Counted from the stretch's first letter, positions 48,991 through 58,232 are shown. The stretch is DNA of 64,000 nt from an uncultured Ignavibacteria bacterium (GCA_963806045.1 CAWDWP010000018.1:2068-66067), one strand, 5' to 3'. Made by a program: numbers and translations. The notes: generated from the sequence alone by a model not told the origin.

Positions 48991-49971
48991 TTATAACCAT
49001 TTATTTTCTTTATACCAATCAACAGTTTTTTTAAATCCTTTTTCAAGGGAATATTCAGGTTTGAAGTTAAGTTCTTTTTTAGCTTTTTCATTTGAACATA
49101 CCCATCTTTCCCTTGTTATATCCAGGCATTTTTCTAAGCTTAATGTTGCTGCATTATTAGAAAAGACAGAAATCATCTGAGCAAAAAATCCTACTGAGAA
49201 TACAACAAAATGAGGCATTCTTATCTTTATAGCTTTTTTATTCATTATACCTGAAGTAATTTCAGCTATTTGATCCCAATTATATTCACCGTCCGATGAA
49301 ATAAAATAAATTTCTCCGCTTTTGATATTGTCCTTAGAAGCTAATATTATTCCTTGTACAAAATCTTCGACGTATACCAGACTAAGATACTTATCATCAA
49401 ATCCGATAATGCTGTTAAGACCTTTACTGAATGTTTTAAAATATATTAAAATTTCTGCATCCCTTGGACCATATATAGCCGGGGGTCTTACAATTGTAAC
49501 CGGTAGTTTATCTTTGAACTTTAATACCTCTTTTTCCGCTAATCGTTTTGATAGTCCATACGTTGTAATTGGTCGGGGAATATACTCTTCACTAATTGGT
49601 TTTTCGTTTGGATTAGGCCCACAGGCAGCTAATGAAGAAACATGAACAAATCTTTTCAATTTTGGATTTACTTTATACGCGATTTCGATAAGATTTTTCG
49701 TCGCTTCTGAATTTCCCCTATAAAATCCTTGTTTCTTCTTTGATTTTACCACACCGGCTACGTGAAACACATAATCAACCTTTTTAATAACATCTTCCAA
49801 AACATCATTGTCGAATAAATCTCCTTCAACAAAATGTATTTTTTTATCTTTAAGCCATCTAAGATTCGAGGTTTTTCGTTTAAGACAATAAACATCATAT
49901 TCCATATTTAGTAATTTATCAACTAAATGACTTCCAACGAATCCTGTTGCTCCTGTTACAAATGCTTTCAT
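48991..49971 (-). CDS. NAD(P)-dependent epimerase/dehydratase-family reductase (extended SDR)
   Basis: It has 'VTGATGFVGSHLV' and 'YGLSKRLAE' (YxxxK). It is divergent from the SPT-like gene. Confidence 0.85.
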   Translation of the reverse strand: MKAFVTGATGFVGSHLVDKLLNMEYDVYCLKRKTSNLRWLKDKKIHFVEGDLFDNDVLEDVIKKVDYVFHVAGVVKSKKKQGFYRGNSEATKNLIEIAYKVNPKLKRFVHVSSLAACGPNPNEKPISEEYIPRPITTYGLSKRLAEKEVLKFKDKLPVTIVRPPAIYGPRDAEILIYFKTFSKGLNSIIGFDDKYLSLVYVEDFVQGIILASKDNIKSGEIYFISSDGEYNWDQIAEITSGIMNKKAIKIRMPHFVVFSVGFFAQMISVFSNNAATLSLEKCLDITRERWVCSNEKAKKELNFKPEYSLEKGFKKTVDWYKENKWL

Positions 49972-50096
49972 AAATTATCTTAATTTTTTATTATAGAAGT
50001 TATCAATTAAATTGTGTATTTTCTATGTTAAAATTTCAAATTATTTACCATATTATCAGTAAATAATAAATCAAACATCAACTATTTATAGTTTCT

Positions 50097-51290
50097 ATGG
50101 ACTTATTTCAGAAATGTTTCAGTTTCACAAGGGCTGATGAAGTAAAAGCCGCCGGTTATTATCCTTATTTCAGAACAATTGAGGAAAATGAAGGTCCTGT
50201 AGTCAGAATTGAAGGAAAAGAAGTCATAATGGCTGGCTCGAACAATTATCATGGACTTACTACTCACCCGAGAGTGAAAGAAGCCGCTATGAATGCCTTG
50301 AAAAAATATGGAACCGGTTGTTCAGGTTCGAGGTATTTAACCGGAACATTGGATTTACATATAAAACTCGAGGAAAAATTAGCAGAATTTCTTGGTAAAG
50401 AAGCAGTTCTGTTGTTTTCAACCGGTTATCAAACTGCTCAGGGCATAATTCCAACATTAGTCAATAAAGATGAATATATTATATCGGATAAAGATAACCA
50501 TGCGAGTATTGTAGTTGCAAACATGATGGCGAAAGGAGCTTTTGCAAAATTCTTTCGTTACAAACACAATGACATGGAAGATCTTGAAAAAGTAATAAAG
50601 CAAGTTCCGTATGATACTCCCAAACTTGTAGTATCTGATGGTGTTTTTTCTACTACAGGAGAAATTGTTGAACTACAAGATCTGGTGAGGATTTCAAAAG
50701 AAAATAATGCAAGAATATTGATAGATGATGCTCATTCTACAGGAGTCATTGGTATTGGCGGAAGAGGGACCGCATCTGAATTTGGTTTGGATAATGAAGT
50801 TGATATGATAATGGGTACATTTTCAAAGACTTTTGCATCTTTAGGAGGTTTTGTCGGTGCAAAAAAAGAAGTAATAAATTTTTTAAAACATCATGCATCA
50901 GCACTTATCTTCTCGGCGTCTCCTACTCCAGCAGCTGTAGCTGCTGCCGGAGCGGCACTCGAAATTCTAAAAGAAGAACCCGAAAGAATATCCAAGCTGA
51001 TTAGAAATGCTGAAAAGATGAGAAAAGGGTTTAAGGAAATGGGTTTCACTGTTATTGATGGCAGAACTGCTATAGTTCCGGTGATTTTAGGTAAAGATGA
51101 ACTTGCATTTCTATTCTGGCGGAAATTATTTGACCAGGGAATATTTGTTAATGCCTTCGTATCACCGGGTGTTCCTCCAACAATGGCAATGTTAAGAACA
51201 TCTTATATGGCATCACATGAAGATAAACATCTTGACAGAATTCTTGAAGTATTTCAAAAAATAGGTAAAGAAATGAATATAATACCATAA
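50097..51290 (+). CDS. Alpha-oxoamine synthase, serine-palmitoyltransferase-like
   Basis: 'YPYFRTIE...[18 protein letters not shown]...[13 protein letters not shown]', 'DDAHSTG' and the PLP-Lys motif '[14 protein letters not shown]' are present. That motif is of the SPT type rather than the KBL 'GTLGKA' or BioF 'GTLSKA' types. No bio genes are adjacent. Confidence 0.8.
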   Translation: MDLFQKCFSFTRADEVKAAGYYPYFRTIEENEGPVVRIEGKEVIMAGSNNYHGLTTHPRVKEAAMNALKKYGTGCSGSRYLTGTLDLHIKLEEKLAEFLGKEAVLLFSTGYQTAQGIIPTLVNKDEYIISDKDNHASIVVANMMAKGAFAKFFRYKHNDMEDLEKVIKQVPYDTPKLVVSDGVFSTTGEIVELQDLVRISKENNARILIDDAHSTGVIGIGGRGTASEFGLDNEVDMIMGTFSKTFASLGGFVGAKKEVINFLKHHASALIFSASPTPAAVAAAGAALEILKEEPERISKLIRNAEKMRKGFKEMGFTVIDGRTAIVPVILGKDELAFLFWRKLFDQGIFVNAFVSPGVPPTMAMLRTSYMASHEDKHLDRILEVFQKIGKEMNIIP

Positions 51291-51721
51291 TGTATTTGAA
51301 TAATTTGAGATACATTTGTTTTATATTACTCGCTTCAATGATTTTTATTTATTCATGCGGGAAAAATGATACTTTTAAGGAAAAATCGAATTTAAGTGAA
51401 TCCGAAACACAAGAACCGGAAGATACTGTTCAGCTTACTCCTGCAGAATTATTTAGCAATGCTTTGTGTGATAATTTTCTTCACGAAACAGATGACGAAG
51501 ATTTGCAGGTTTATCTCGAAGAGGAAATTTTTCCATTAGTCTCAAAATCAGATAAAGTAACAATCGATAAACTATCTGTTTCAATGTTTTTGCTAAATTA
51601 TACAGATGGAAATGAAAGTAAGAATATTCTAATCCAGAAAAATTACAACCCTCAAATTGATGAAATATATTTCTTAAAAGAGGTTGTAACATTTGATGCA
51701 AAAAAATATTATATTAAATAA
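51290..51721 (+). CDS. Small lipoprotein, function unknown
   Basis: It has a lipobox 'FIYSC'. Its start overlaps the stop of the preceding gene (ATAATG). Confidence 0.5.
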   Translation: MYLNNLRYICFILLASMIFIYSCGKNDTFKEKSNLSESETQEPEDTVQLTPAELFSNALCDNFLHETDDEDLQVYLEEEIFPLVSKSDKVTIDKLSVSMFLLNYTDGNESKNILIQKNYNPQIDEIYFLKEVVTFDAKKYYIK

Positions 51722-51762
51722 GAAAATATTTTATTAATTAAATTGTTCTTTTAAAGATATTT

Positions 51763-51915
51763 TTGGTAACACAGTTTTAATAGGGAATCCGGTGCGAACC
51801 CGGAACTGTCCACGCAACTGTAAAAGAGAAGATTAGTTCAGTATGCCACTGATTTCGTAATTTGGGAAGGAGATCTGAAAATTGCTCTTAAGTCAGGAGA
51901 CCTGCCGGGAATATT
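51763..51915 (+). promoter_or_regulatory. Cobalamin (B12) riboswitch aptamer
   Basis: The core is 'aatagggaatccggtgcgaacccggaactgtccacgcaactgtaa', followed by 'gccactg', 'gggaagg' and the B12 box 'agtcaggagacctgcc'. It lies upstream of a TonB-dependent receptor. Confidence 0.9.
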
Positions 51916-51962
51916 TGATTTCAACTCTTTCGTTGGAAAAGAAGTTAATTTTTATAAAAGAT

Positions 51963-52020
51963 CCTTAATTCTTTTTAATTTTATAATTACTCTATTTCAC
52001 GAAAGAATTAAGGTTTTTTT
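51963..52020 (+). terminator. Riboswitch expression platform: terminator / RBS-sequestering hairpin
   Basis: A 12-bp stem, ccttaattcttt ... aaagaattaagg, is followed by ttttttt. The 3' arm contains the likely RBS (aagg), 10 nt before the ATG at 52024. Confidence 0.7.
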
Positions 52021-52023
52021 ATT

Positions 52024-53952
52024 ATGATTAAAAAATTTTACTATATATTCAGTTCATTACTTTTTCTTGTCCAAATTGTATATGCGCAATCTGAGAAGAA
52101 AGATGATAAATCGTACCAAACTGATGAAATAGTTGTACATGGATACAAATTATTTGGAAATATTTTTACTTCACCCACAAAGATTAAAATAATTGATTTA
52201 GCTGAAATTAAATCAAAAAACGGGGACAGGTTATCTGATATTCTTGAATTAACGAGCAGCAGTTATATTAAATCATACGGTGGAAATTCTGCTTTAAAGA
52301 CAATATCTTTAAATGGTATGGGAGCAGAACACACATTAATTCTCATCGACGGAAACAGAATAGGAACTTTTCAAAATTCTCAGGTGGATTTATCTCAAAT
52401 CTCTAAAGACAATATTGAAAAAATTGAGATTCTCAACAGTGGATTTAGTTCAATATACGGATCAGATGCGGTTGGGGGAGTTGTGAATGTTATAACAAAA
52501 TCTCCGGAATTAACGACAGAAGCTAAGTTATCTCTCAATACCGAATTGGGGTCATATAATCAAAGAAAATATTCATTAAATATCTCGAAAAGTTTTAAAA
52601 ATTTATCAATAGCGGTATTGGGAAATTTAGAATCTTCCGATGATAATTTTAAATATTATTTTAATGATGGTATCACAAATATTCTTAAGGAAAGGGAAAA
52701 TTCAAATTATAATTATAAAAATTTTAATATTAATTTTAACTATTATTTAAGTAAAAAAAGTTCTATTCAGTTTAATTCTAATTATATATGGAATTTCCAT
52801 AATTTACCAGGAATAGAAACCGGAACACCTACTATATCGAATACTCAAAAGGATAAAATATTTTACAGCTTTTTGAATTTTGAATCAGACCTAAATGATA
52901 AAACTATATTTCGATCTTCAGTTAGTTTCCAAAATTATCTAATGAACTATGAAACCAAACCTCTGCTAAACAGTTTTTATAAAAATTTAGTTTTTACAAA
53001 CAGGTCGCAGGTTCAGTTTAAAAACTCCAATGATATTGTTTTAGGATATGAAATTAATTATGGAAAATTGTATAGCAATGAAACATTCAATAATCCTGAA
53101 AGATTACAGCCGGCATTATTTATGGCCTCTGAAATAAAATTATTTAATAATGATCGGTTAAATATTTATCCGTCGCTTCGGTATGATTATTATTCTGACA
53201 CAAAAATTAGTAATCTCAGTTATAAACTCGGGTTTAATTATAAATTATTCAAATCTGAGGAAGTGTATTTAAAAGGAAACTTCGGAAATAATTTTCGTGC
53301 ACCTACTTTTAATGAATTATACTGGAATCAGGGAGGAAATAGATATTTATCTCAGGAAAAATCATTTAATATTGACCTTGGAGTGATTTCAAAATTTAAA
53401 TTTATTGGAAATAACGTTTTCGAACTGACGTATTCTTATGATAATCTCCGGGATAAAATTCTTTGGGTTCCCGGAGGTCAGAATGGATTATGGTCTCCTG
53501 TGAACATTGGAAAATCAAGAGTTTACACTTTTACTGCAGAATTGAAGTCAAAGAAAGAATTTTTTAAATTATTGAAAAGTAATATCAATATTGGACTAAA
53601 TATAAATAATTCATTAAATACATTTAATAATATGGATAACTCTTTTGAAAATCAGCAAATTTATGTTCCTAAATATGTAATTAAATTATCTTCCGGATTA
53701 AATGTGAAAAACATTAATTTAAACATATTTTATCAATATATTTCAAAAAGATATACTGATTTAGGAAATAATTATTTTCTTCCTCCCGTAGATTTATTAG
53801 ATGGCAATTTAAGCTATGAATTTGGAATAAATAAACTAAATATTATTCTCAGATTTGAAGCAAATAACATAATGAATAAAAATTATCAGTTTATTTCAGG
53901 CTATCCAATGCCTTTGAGGAATTATAAAATCGGATTACAATTAAATTATTAA
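52024..53952 (+). CDS. btuB: TonB-dependent outer-membrane receptor (vitamin B12 transporter BtuB-like)
   Basis: It has a signal peptide, a TonB box-like 'DEIVVHG', a plug domain ('GAEHTLILIDG', 'YGSDAVGGVVNV'), a beta-barrel, and a terminal aromatic residue ('GLQLNY'). The B12 riboswitch lies directly upstream. Confidence 0.85.
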   Translation: MIKKFYYIFSSLLFLVQIVYAQSEKKDDKSYQTDEIVVHGYKLFGNIFTSPTKIKIIDLAEIKSKNGDRLSDILELTSSSYIKSYGGNSALKTISLNGMGAEHTLILIDGNRIGTFQNSQVDLSQISKDNIEKIEILNSGFSSIYGSDAVGGVVNVITKSPELTTEAKLSLNTELGSYNQRKYSLNISKSFKNLSIAVLGNLESSDDNFKYYFNDGITNILKERENSNYNYKNFNINFNYYLSKKSSIQFNSNYIWNFHNLPGIETGTPTISNTQKDKIFYSFLNFESDLNDKTIFRSSVSFQNYLMNYETKPLLNSFYKNLVFTNRSQVQFKNSNDIVLGYEINYGKLYSNETFNNPERLQPALFMASEIKLFNNDRLNIYPSLRYDYYSDTKISNLSYKLGFNYKLFKSEEVYLKGNFGNNFRAPTFNELYWNQGGNRYLSQEKSFNIDLGVISKFKFIGNNVFELTYSYDNLRDKILWVPGGQNGLWSPVNIGKSRVYTFTAELKSKKEFFKLLKSNINIGLNINNSLNTFNNMDNSFENQQIYVPKYVIKLSSGLNVKNINLNIFYQYISKRYTDLGNNYFLPPVDLLDGNLSYEFGINKLNIILRFEANNIMNKNYQFISGYPMPLRNYKIGLQLNY

Positions 53953-53955
53953 AAA

Positions 53956-54615
53956 ATGAATACTTCACCAGATGAAAAATCTTTGTCCGGTGGGACAAAG
54001 TATAAAGAAAAGATACTAAAGACAATTGAAGGTTATAAAAATCTTAAACCGGAAGATAAAAATTGTCTTCATGTTTATTATGGTTACGGAAAAGGGAAAA
54101 CAACATGTGCGGTAGGGCTTGCAATCAGGGCACTAGGTGCAGGTAAGAAGGTTGTACTTATTCAATTCGATAAAGGATATGATGGTGAAAATGAGCATTA
54201 TTCAGAACGAATTCTACTACGACGGTTGAAAGAATTAGGATATGATATCGAATTGTACCCTACGGGATGTGAAAGGATGAATAATGATGGAACATTCAGA
54301 TTCAAAAACAATGAAGAAGATTTAAAGGAAGCTAAAAGGGGATTAGAAATCGCAGAAAAATATATTGATAATCCTGAACAGGATATGCTGATATTAGATG
54401 AAGCAATTGCAGCAGTGGCTTATAATTTACTTAAAAAAGAAGATATTGAAAAATTAATAACTAAATTTAAAAACGACAGAAAATATGAATTTGTAATCAC
54501 AGGACATAAAATTTGGAAATTTATTGAAGATAATGCTGACTTAATAACTGAAATGAAAAAAATTAAACATTATTTCGATAACGGAATTCCTGCCAGACCG
54601 GGAATAGAATTTTAA
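53956..54615 (+). CDS. cobO: Cob(I)yrinic acid a,c-diamide / cob(I)alamin adenosyltransferase (CobO/BtuR type)
   Basis: 'HVYYGYGKGKTTCAVGLAIRALGAGKKVVLIQFDKG' and 'LILDE' are present. Confidence 0.9.
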   Translation: MNTSPDEKSLSGGTKYKEKILKTIEGYKNLKPEDKNCLHVYYGYGKGKTTCAVGLAIRALGAGKKVVLIQFDKGYDGENEHYSERILLRRLKELGYDIELYPTGCERMNNDGTFRFKNNEEDLKEAKRGLEIAEKYIDNPEQDMLILDEAIAAVAYNLLKKEDIEKLITKFKNDRKYEFVITGHKIWKFIEDNADLITEMKKIKHYFDNGIPARPGIEF

Positions 54616-54623
54616 AAAGAGGA

Positions 54624-55688
54624 ATGAATTTAAACATGATAAATAGTTTTAAAAAAAGTTATTTAATATTATTTCTCTTTACGATTTTATTTAATTCATG
54701 TACAAGAGATGAGATAATTAATGTTCCTCCTCCTATAGTGACTTCAACCACAGGAGCATATGTCTTATCTGAAGGTGGTTTTTCTCAAAACACTTCTAAA
54801 TTATCACTATATAGTATCATACAAGATACATTCTATACTAGCATATTTTATCCCGGAAATCTTGGCCTGTTTTCAAGTGGAATGTTTTTATATAATAATT
54901 TTTTGTTTGTACTTGAACAGGGAAGTTTTGGTGCTCCTGGAAAAATATATCAGCTGGATACAACAGGAAAAGTTCTCAATTCAAATATAATCGGTATTAA
55001 CCCCTATTCCCTGACGGTTGCAAATAACAAAATCTATTATACTAACGGATCTGCTGGAAATGTCGGAGTTCTGAATGTAAATGATTTATCCTTTATTAAG
55101 AATATAACTGTCGGTGCTTATCCTCAGGAAATAACATCTTTTGGTGGAAAAGTTTTTGTCTGTAATACAAGCATATATGGGGGAACCCAGGATTCTACAG
55201 TATCTGTTATTGATTCTCAAAATGATTTAGAAATTTACAAAATAACGGTTAAAAAGGATCCATCTTCTGTATGTATTTCCAGAAATAATACTTTGATAAT
55301 TGGTTGTAATGGAATCAACGGATTAATTTATATCGTTGACCCAATTACATATAATAAAATTGATTCATTGAATACTCCTGAAGGTTTTGGTAAAGATTTG
55401 AATATAGACTCACAAACAAATAATTTATATTTTATTTCATATGTAGGAAATATTGTAAAACTGGATTTGGATTCGAAATTCAGCACAACTGTAATTCAGA
55501 ATCTGAATCCGGGAGTATCTTTTTTTTATGGTTATTCATTTGATTCAAAAAACAGAAAACATTATTTATGTGATGCGGGAAATTTTATGTCCAACGGATA
55601 TTTCCATATTCTAAATATGAATAATATCATTGAAAAGAGTTTCTCTGCAGGAATAGCACCAAGAAGAATTGTATTAAAATCGAATTGA
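54624..55688 (+). CDS. Surface lipoprotein with a YncE-like beta-propeller (candidate corrinoid-capture accessory protein)
   Basis: It has a lipobox 'LFNSC' and repeated blade-like segments ('NKIYYTNGSAGNVGVLNV', 'GKVFVCNT...VSVIDSQN', 'LIYIVDPITYNK', 'NNLYFISYVGNIVKLDL'). It lies within the B12 uptake string. Confidence 0.6.
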   Translation: MNLNMINSFKKSYLILFLFTILFNSCTRDEIINVPPPIVTSTTGAYVLSEGGFSQNTSKLSLYSIIQDTFYTSIFYPGNLGLFSSGMFLYNNFLFVLEQGSFGAPGKIYQLDTTGKVLNSNIIGINPYSLTVANNKIYYTNGSAGNVGVLNVNDLSFIKNITVGAYPQEITSFGGKVFVCNTSIYGGTQDSTVSVIDSQNDLEIYKITVKKDPSSVCISRNNTLIIGCNGINGLIYIVDPITYNKIDSLNTPEGFGKDLNIDSQTNNLYFISYVGNIVKLDLDSKFSTTVIQNLNPGVSFFYGYSFDSKNRKHYLCDAGNFMSNGYFHILNMNNIIEKSFSAGIAPRRIVLKSN

Positions 55689-55708
55689 CAATATTATAAA
55701 ATAGTAAA

Positions 55709-56572
55709 TTGGATCTAAAAAAAAATATTGCTTACAAATTCGAAGACCTGAATATTTCAGAATATCCTTTGAATTATGAGATGATAGGTGCTACAAGCGA
55801 AAATGAAAGATTCAGCATATTCATTCATCAAAATGTTATTGAAGAAATCGATTCATTTCTAATTTCAGATGTAAATAATGAGTGCGGTGGAGTATTGCTT
55901 GGAAAAGTTTTTAGAACAGAATCAAATAAATTATTTGTTATAGTAGATAATTTTATTATTGCAAAGAGCACTAAGTCATCAATCTCAAGACTCACTTTTA
56001 CGCACGATACCTGGGATGGAATAAATAACGAACTGGAAGTGTACCACAAAGATGATATCATCTTAGGTTGGTTCCATTCCCATCCCGGTCATGGTGTATT
56101 TTTATCGGGATATGATATTTTTATACAGGAAAATTTTTTCAACGAAGAATTTATGATTGCATATGTTTATGATCCGGTAAATAATGATAGAGCTTTTTTC
56201 AAGTGGATGGACGGGCAGATTGTTAAATCGAACGGATATAACATAATTAAAAAAAACTCCATTCCTGCATTAGACTTATCGGAACCAAAAGGAAAAAAGA
56301 TAAATGAAGATTCATCCCAAAAGAAAACAGTTGTTAATAAATATTTAGTTTTACTATTCTCATTACTTATTATTAATATGGTTATTCTAATAATGTTAAT
56401 TGTTGATAATAATAAAATGAAAACGCAAATTCAGGAATCGAAAAATGAAAATTCGCAAATTAATAATATAAAAACCTCGATAGACAAGCTGGAATTTAAA
56501 GTTAACGATTTGATATTGAGACAGTTAAATAAAGAAGATTCTGTAGAATTAAGTAATAAATTTAAGAAATAA
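55709..56572 (+). CDS. JAB/MPN+ (JAMM) metalloprotease domain protein with a C-terminal TM helix and coiled-coil tail
   Basis: The JAMM motif is intact: Glu58 ('NECGGVLLG') and 'H123-S-H125-PGHGVFL-S133-GY-D136'. The TM segment is 'KYLVLLFSLLIINMVILIMLIV'. The start is TTG at 55709, with an alternative ATG at 55781. Confidence 0.85.
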   Translation: MDLKKNIAYKFEDLNISEYPLNYEMIGATSENERFSIFIHQNVIEEIDSFLISDVNNECGGVLLGKVFRTESNKLFVIVDNFIIAKSTKSSISRLTFTHDTWDGINNELEVYHKDDIILGWFHSHPGHGVFLSGYDIFIQENFFNEEFMIAYVYDPVNNDRAFFKWMDGQIVKSNGYNIIKKNSIPALDLSEPKGKKINEDSSQKKTVVNKYLVLLFSLLIINMVILIMLIVDNNKMKTQIQESKNENSQINNIKTSIDKLEFKVNDLILRQLNKEDSVELSNKFKK

Positions 56573-56573
56573 T

Positions 56574-57119
56574 TTGAATCCGAGAAGCCGAAGATTATTA
56601 TCCGATTTCAGAAAAATTGAAGAAGAATTCAAAAACCATAATATTATTAGTGTACAGGGTAACGATGAAGTCTTCCCGCCGGAAAGATATTTGGTTAAAT
56701 ATTCCGGAATAAAAGGAATAGCGTTATCACCTTTTTCTACTGCGGAGAATAAAATTATTATGGATGTAAATGAACATATTATCGAAATTGTGTTGCATCT
56801 AAATTATCCCCGATATAAACCTCTCTGCTATATTAAAACTAATATCTTTCATCCAAATTTCAGGTCTGCTCATCCGCATGAAGTCTGCATTGGCGATTAT
56901 TGGGCTCCGGGAGAAGGCTTAACGGAAATAATATATAAAATGGGAGAAATGATACAATATAAAGTATATAACGTAAAAAGCCCTTTAAATGGTATTGCAG
57001 CGAAGTGGGCAAGAGAGCATTCCCATCTTTTCCCTCTAGATAAAAATGAATTAAGAACAGCCGAATATGATTCTAAAAAAAATAATTCGAACCAACAATT
57101 AGAAATTAATATTCAGTAA
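56574..57119 (+). CDS. Ubiquitin-conjugating-enzyme-like (UBC/E2 fold) protein
   Basis: It has the helix 'RRLLSDFRKIEEEF', 'LNYPRYKP', the H93-P-N95 motif and a candidate catalytic Cys105 in 'HEVCIGDYWAPG' (codon 56886-56888). The TTG start lies 1 nt after the JAB stop. Confidence 0.7.
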   Translation: MNPRSRRLLSDFRKIEEEFKNHNIISVQGNDEVFPPERYLVKYSGIKGIALSPFSTAENKIIMDVNEHIIEIVLHLNYPRYKPLCYIKTNIFHPNFRSAHPHEVCIGDYWAPGEGLTEIIYKMGEMIQYKVYNVKSPLNGIAAKWAREHSHLFPLDKNELRTAEYDSKKNNSNQQLEINIQ

Positions 57120-57120
57120 T

Positions 57121-57654
57121 ATGATTTTACCATATAATGGAATTGAACCTAAAATTGATGAAAGTGTATTTATATGTGACGGAGCATTCGTGATAGGGGA
57201 TGTAGTGCTGGAGAAAAATGTCAGCGTTTGGTTTAATGCTGTTGTCAGAGGTGATGTCAACTATATTCGCGTCGGTGAAAGCACAAACATTCAGGACGGG
57301 AGTATTCTGCATGTTACTTACCAAAAATATCCGCTAATCATAGGTACGGAAGTTACTATAGGACACGGAGTTGTTATTCACGGATGTAAGATAAAAGACA
57401 GAGTATTAATTGGTATTGGAGCGATTTTACTTGATAATTGCACAGTGAATTCAAATTCATTTATTGCGGCAGGAACACTTGTTAAAGAAAATTTTATTGT
57501 TCCGGAAGGGGTGCTGGTAGCAGGAGTCCCGGGTAAAATAGTCAGGGATCTGACCGATATTGAAATCAATAAAATAAAGAGAAGTTCTGAAAATTACATT
57601 ATGTATGTTAACAATTACAGAACAAATGGTTATAATCCTCCAAGATTCCCGTAA
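57121..57654 (+). CDS. Gamma-carbonic-anhydrase-like left-handed beta-helix (hexapeptide repeat) protein
   Basis: 'WFNAVVRGDVNYIRVGESTNIQDGSILH' and 'IGHGVVIHGCKI' are present (YrdA/PaaY type). The start lies 1 nt after the E2-like stop. Confidence 0.85.
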   Translation: MILPYNGIEPKIDESVFICDGAFVIGDVVLEKNVSVWFNAVVRGDVNYIRVGESTNIQDGSILHVTYQKYPLIIGTEVTIGHGVVIHGCKIKDRVLIGIGAILLDNCTVNSNSFIAAGTLVKENFIVPEGVLVAGVPGKIVRDLTDIEINKIKRSSENYIMYVNNYRTNGYNPPRFP

Positions 57655-57800
57655 TATTAACCTCTATAGATTTAACAATAAACAGCCAGAATCCCATAAA
57701 TTGTTTAACAATTGAAAATAAGATTTTATATATATATTTTTATGATTATTTTATATACCGTTGAATATTGAATTGAAGGCAATTAAATGAAAGGTTTATT

Positions 57801-58232
57801 TTGAATAATAATAAAGGAAGCAATATTTTAAGTAAGGCAAATATTAAGAAAATTGAACATCTTTTCGGCATTCATTTCGTTAAGAAAGAAAAATCTCTCA
57901 GTACAAATATTAAAAACCCGAAATCGAAAACAGAGATTAATCTTGATTTGATTTCAGAAGATGATAAGTCCATATTAGTATCTGTTTATACAAATAATTG
58001 CCACCTGCAGCTTCAATCCTGTGATAAATTTCTGATAAGTTCTATGCTTGAAGAAATAATTTTTATATCGAAAAATGGTAATAAATTGTCCGGATTAATA
58101 ATAACAAAGCAGGGAGATTGTTCATTATATTCTAATGTTAGTATTTCATCATTGAGAAAAGATTTTACAAACCTTAACTCTGAAAAGCTTATATCAGCAG
58201 TTGCTCTTTCAGTCGCCGAGACACTTTATTAA
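57801..58232 (+). CDS. Hypothetical protein
   Basis: This is an ORF with a TTG start and no recognisable motif. Whether it is coding is uncertain. Confidence 0.35.
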   Translation: MNNNKGSNILSKANIKKIEHLFGIHFVKKEKSLSTNIKNPKSKTEINLDLISEDDKSILVSVYTNNCHLQLQSCDKFLISSMLEEIIFISKNGNKLSGLIITKQGDCSLYSNVSISSLRKDFTNLNSEKLISAVALSVAETLY

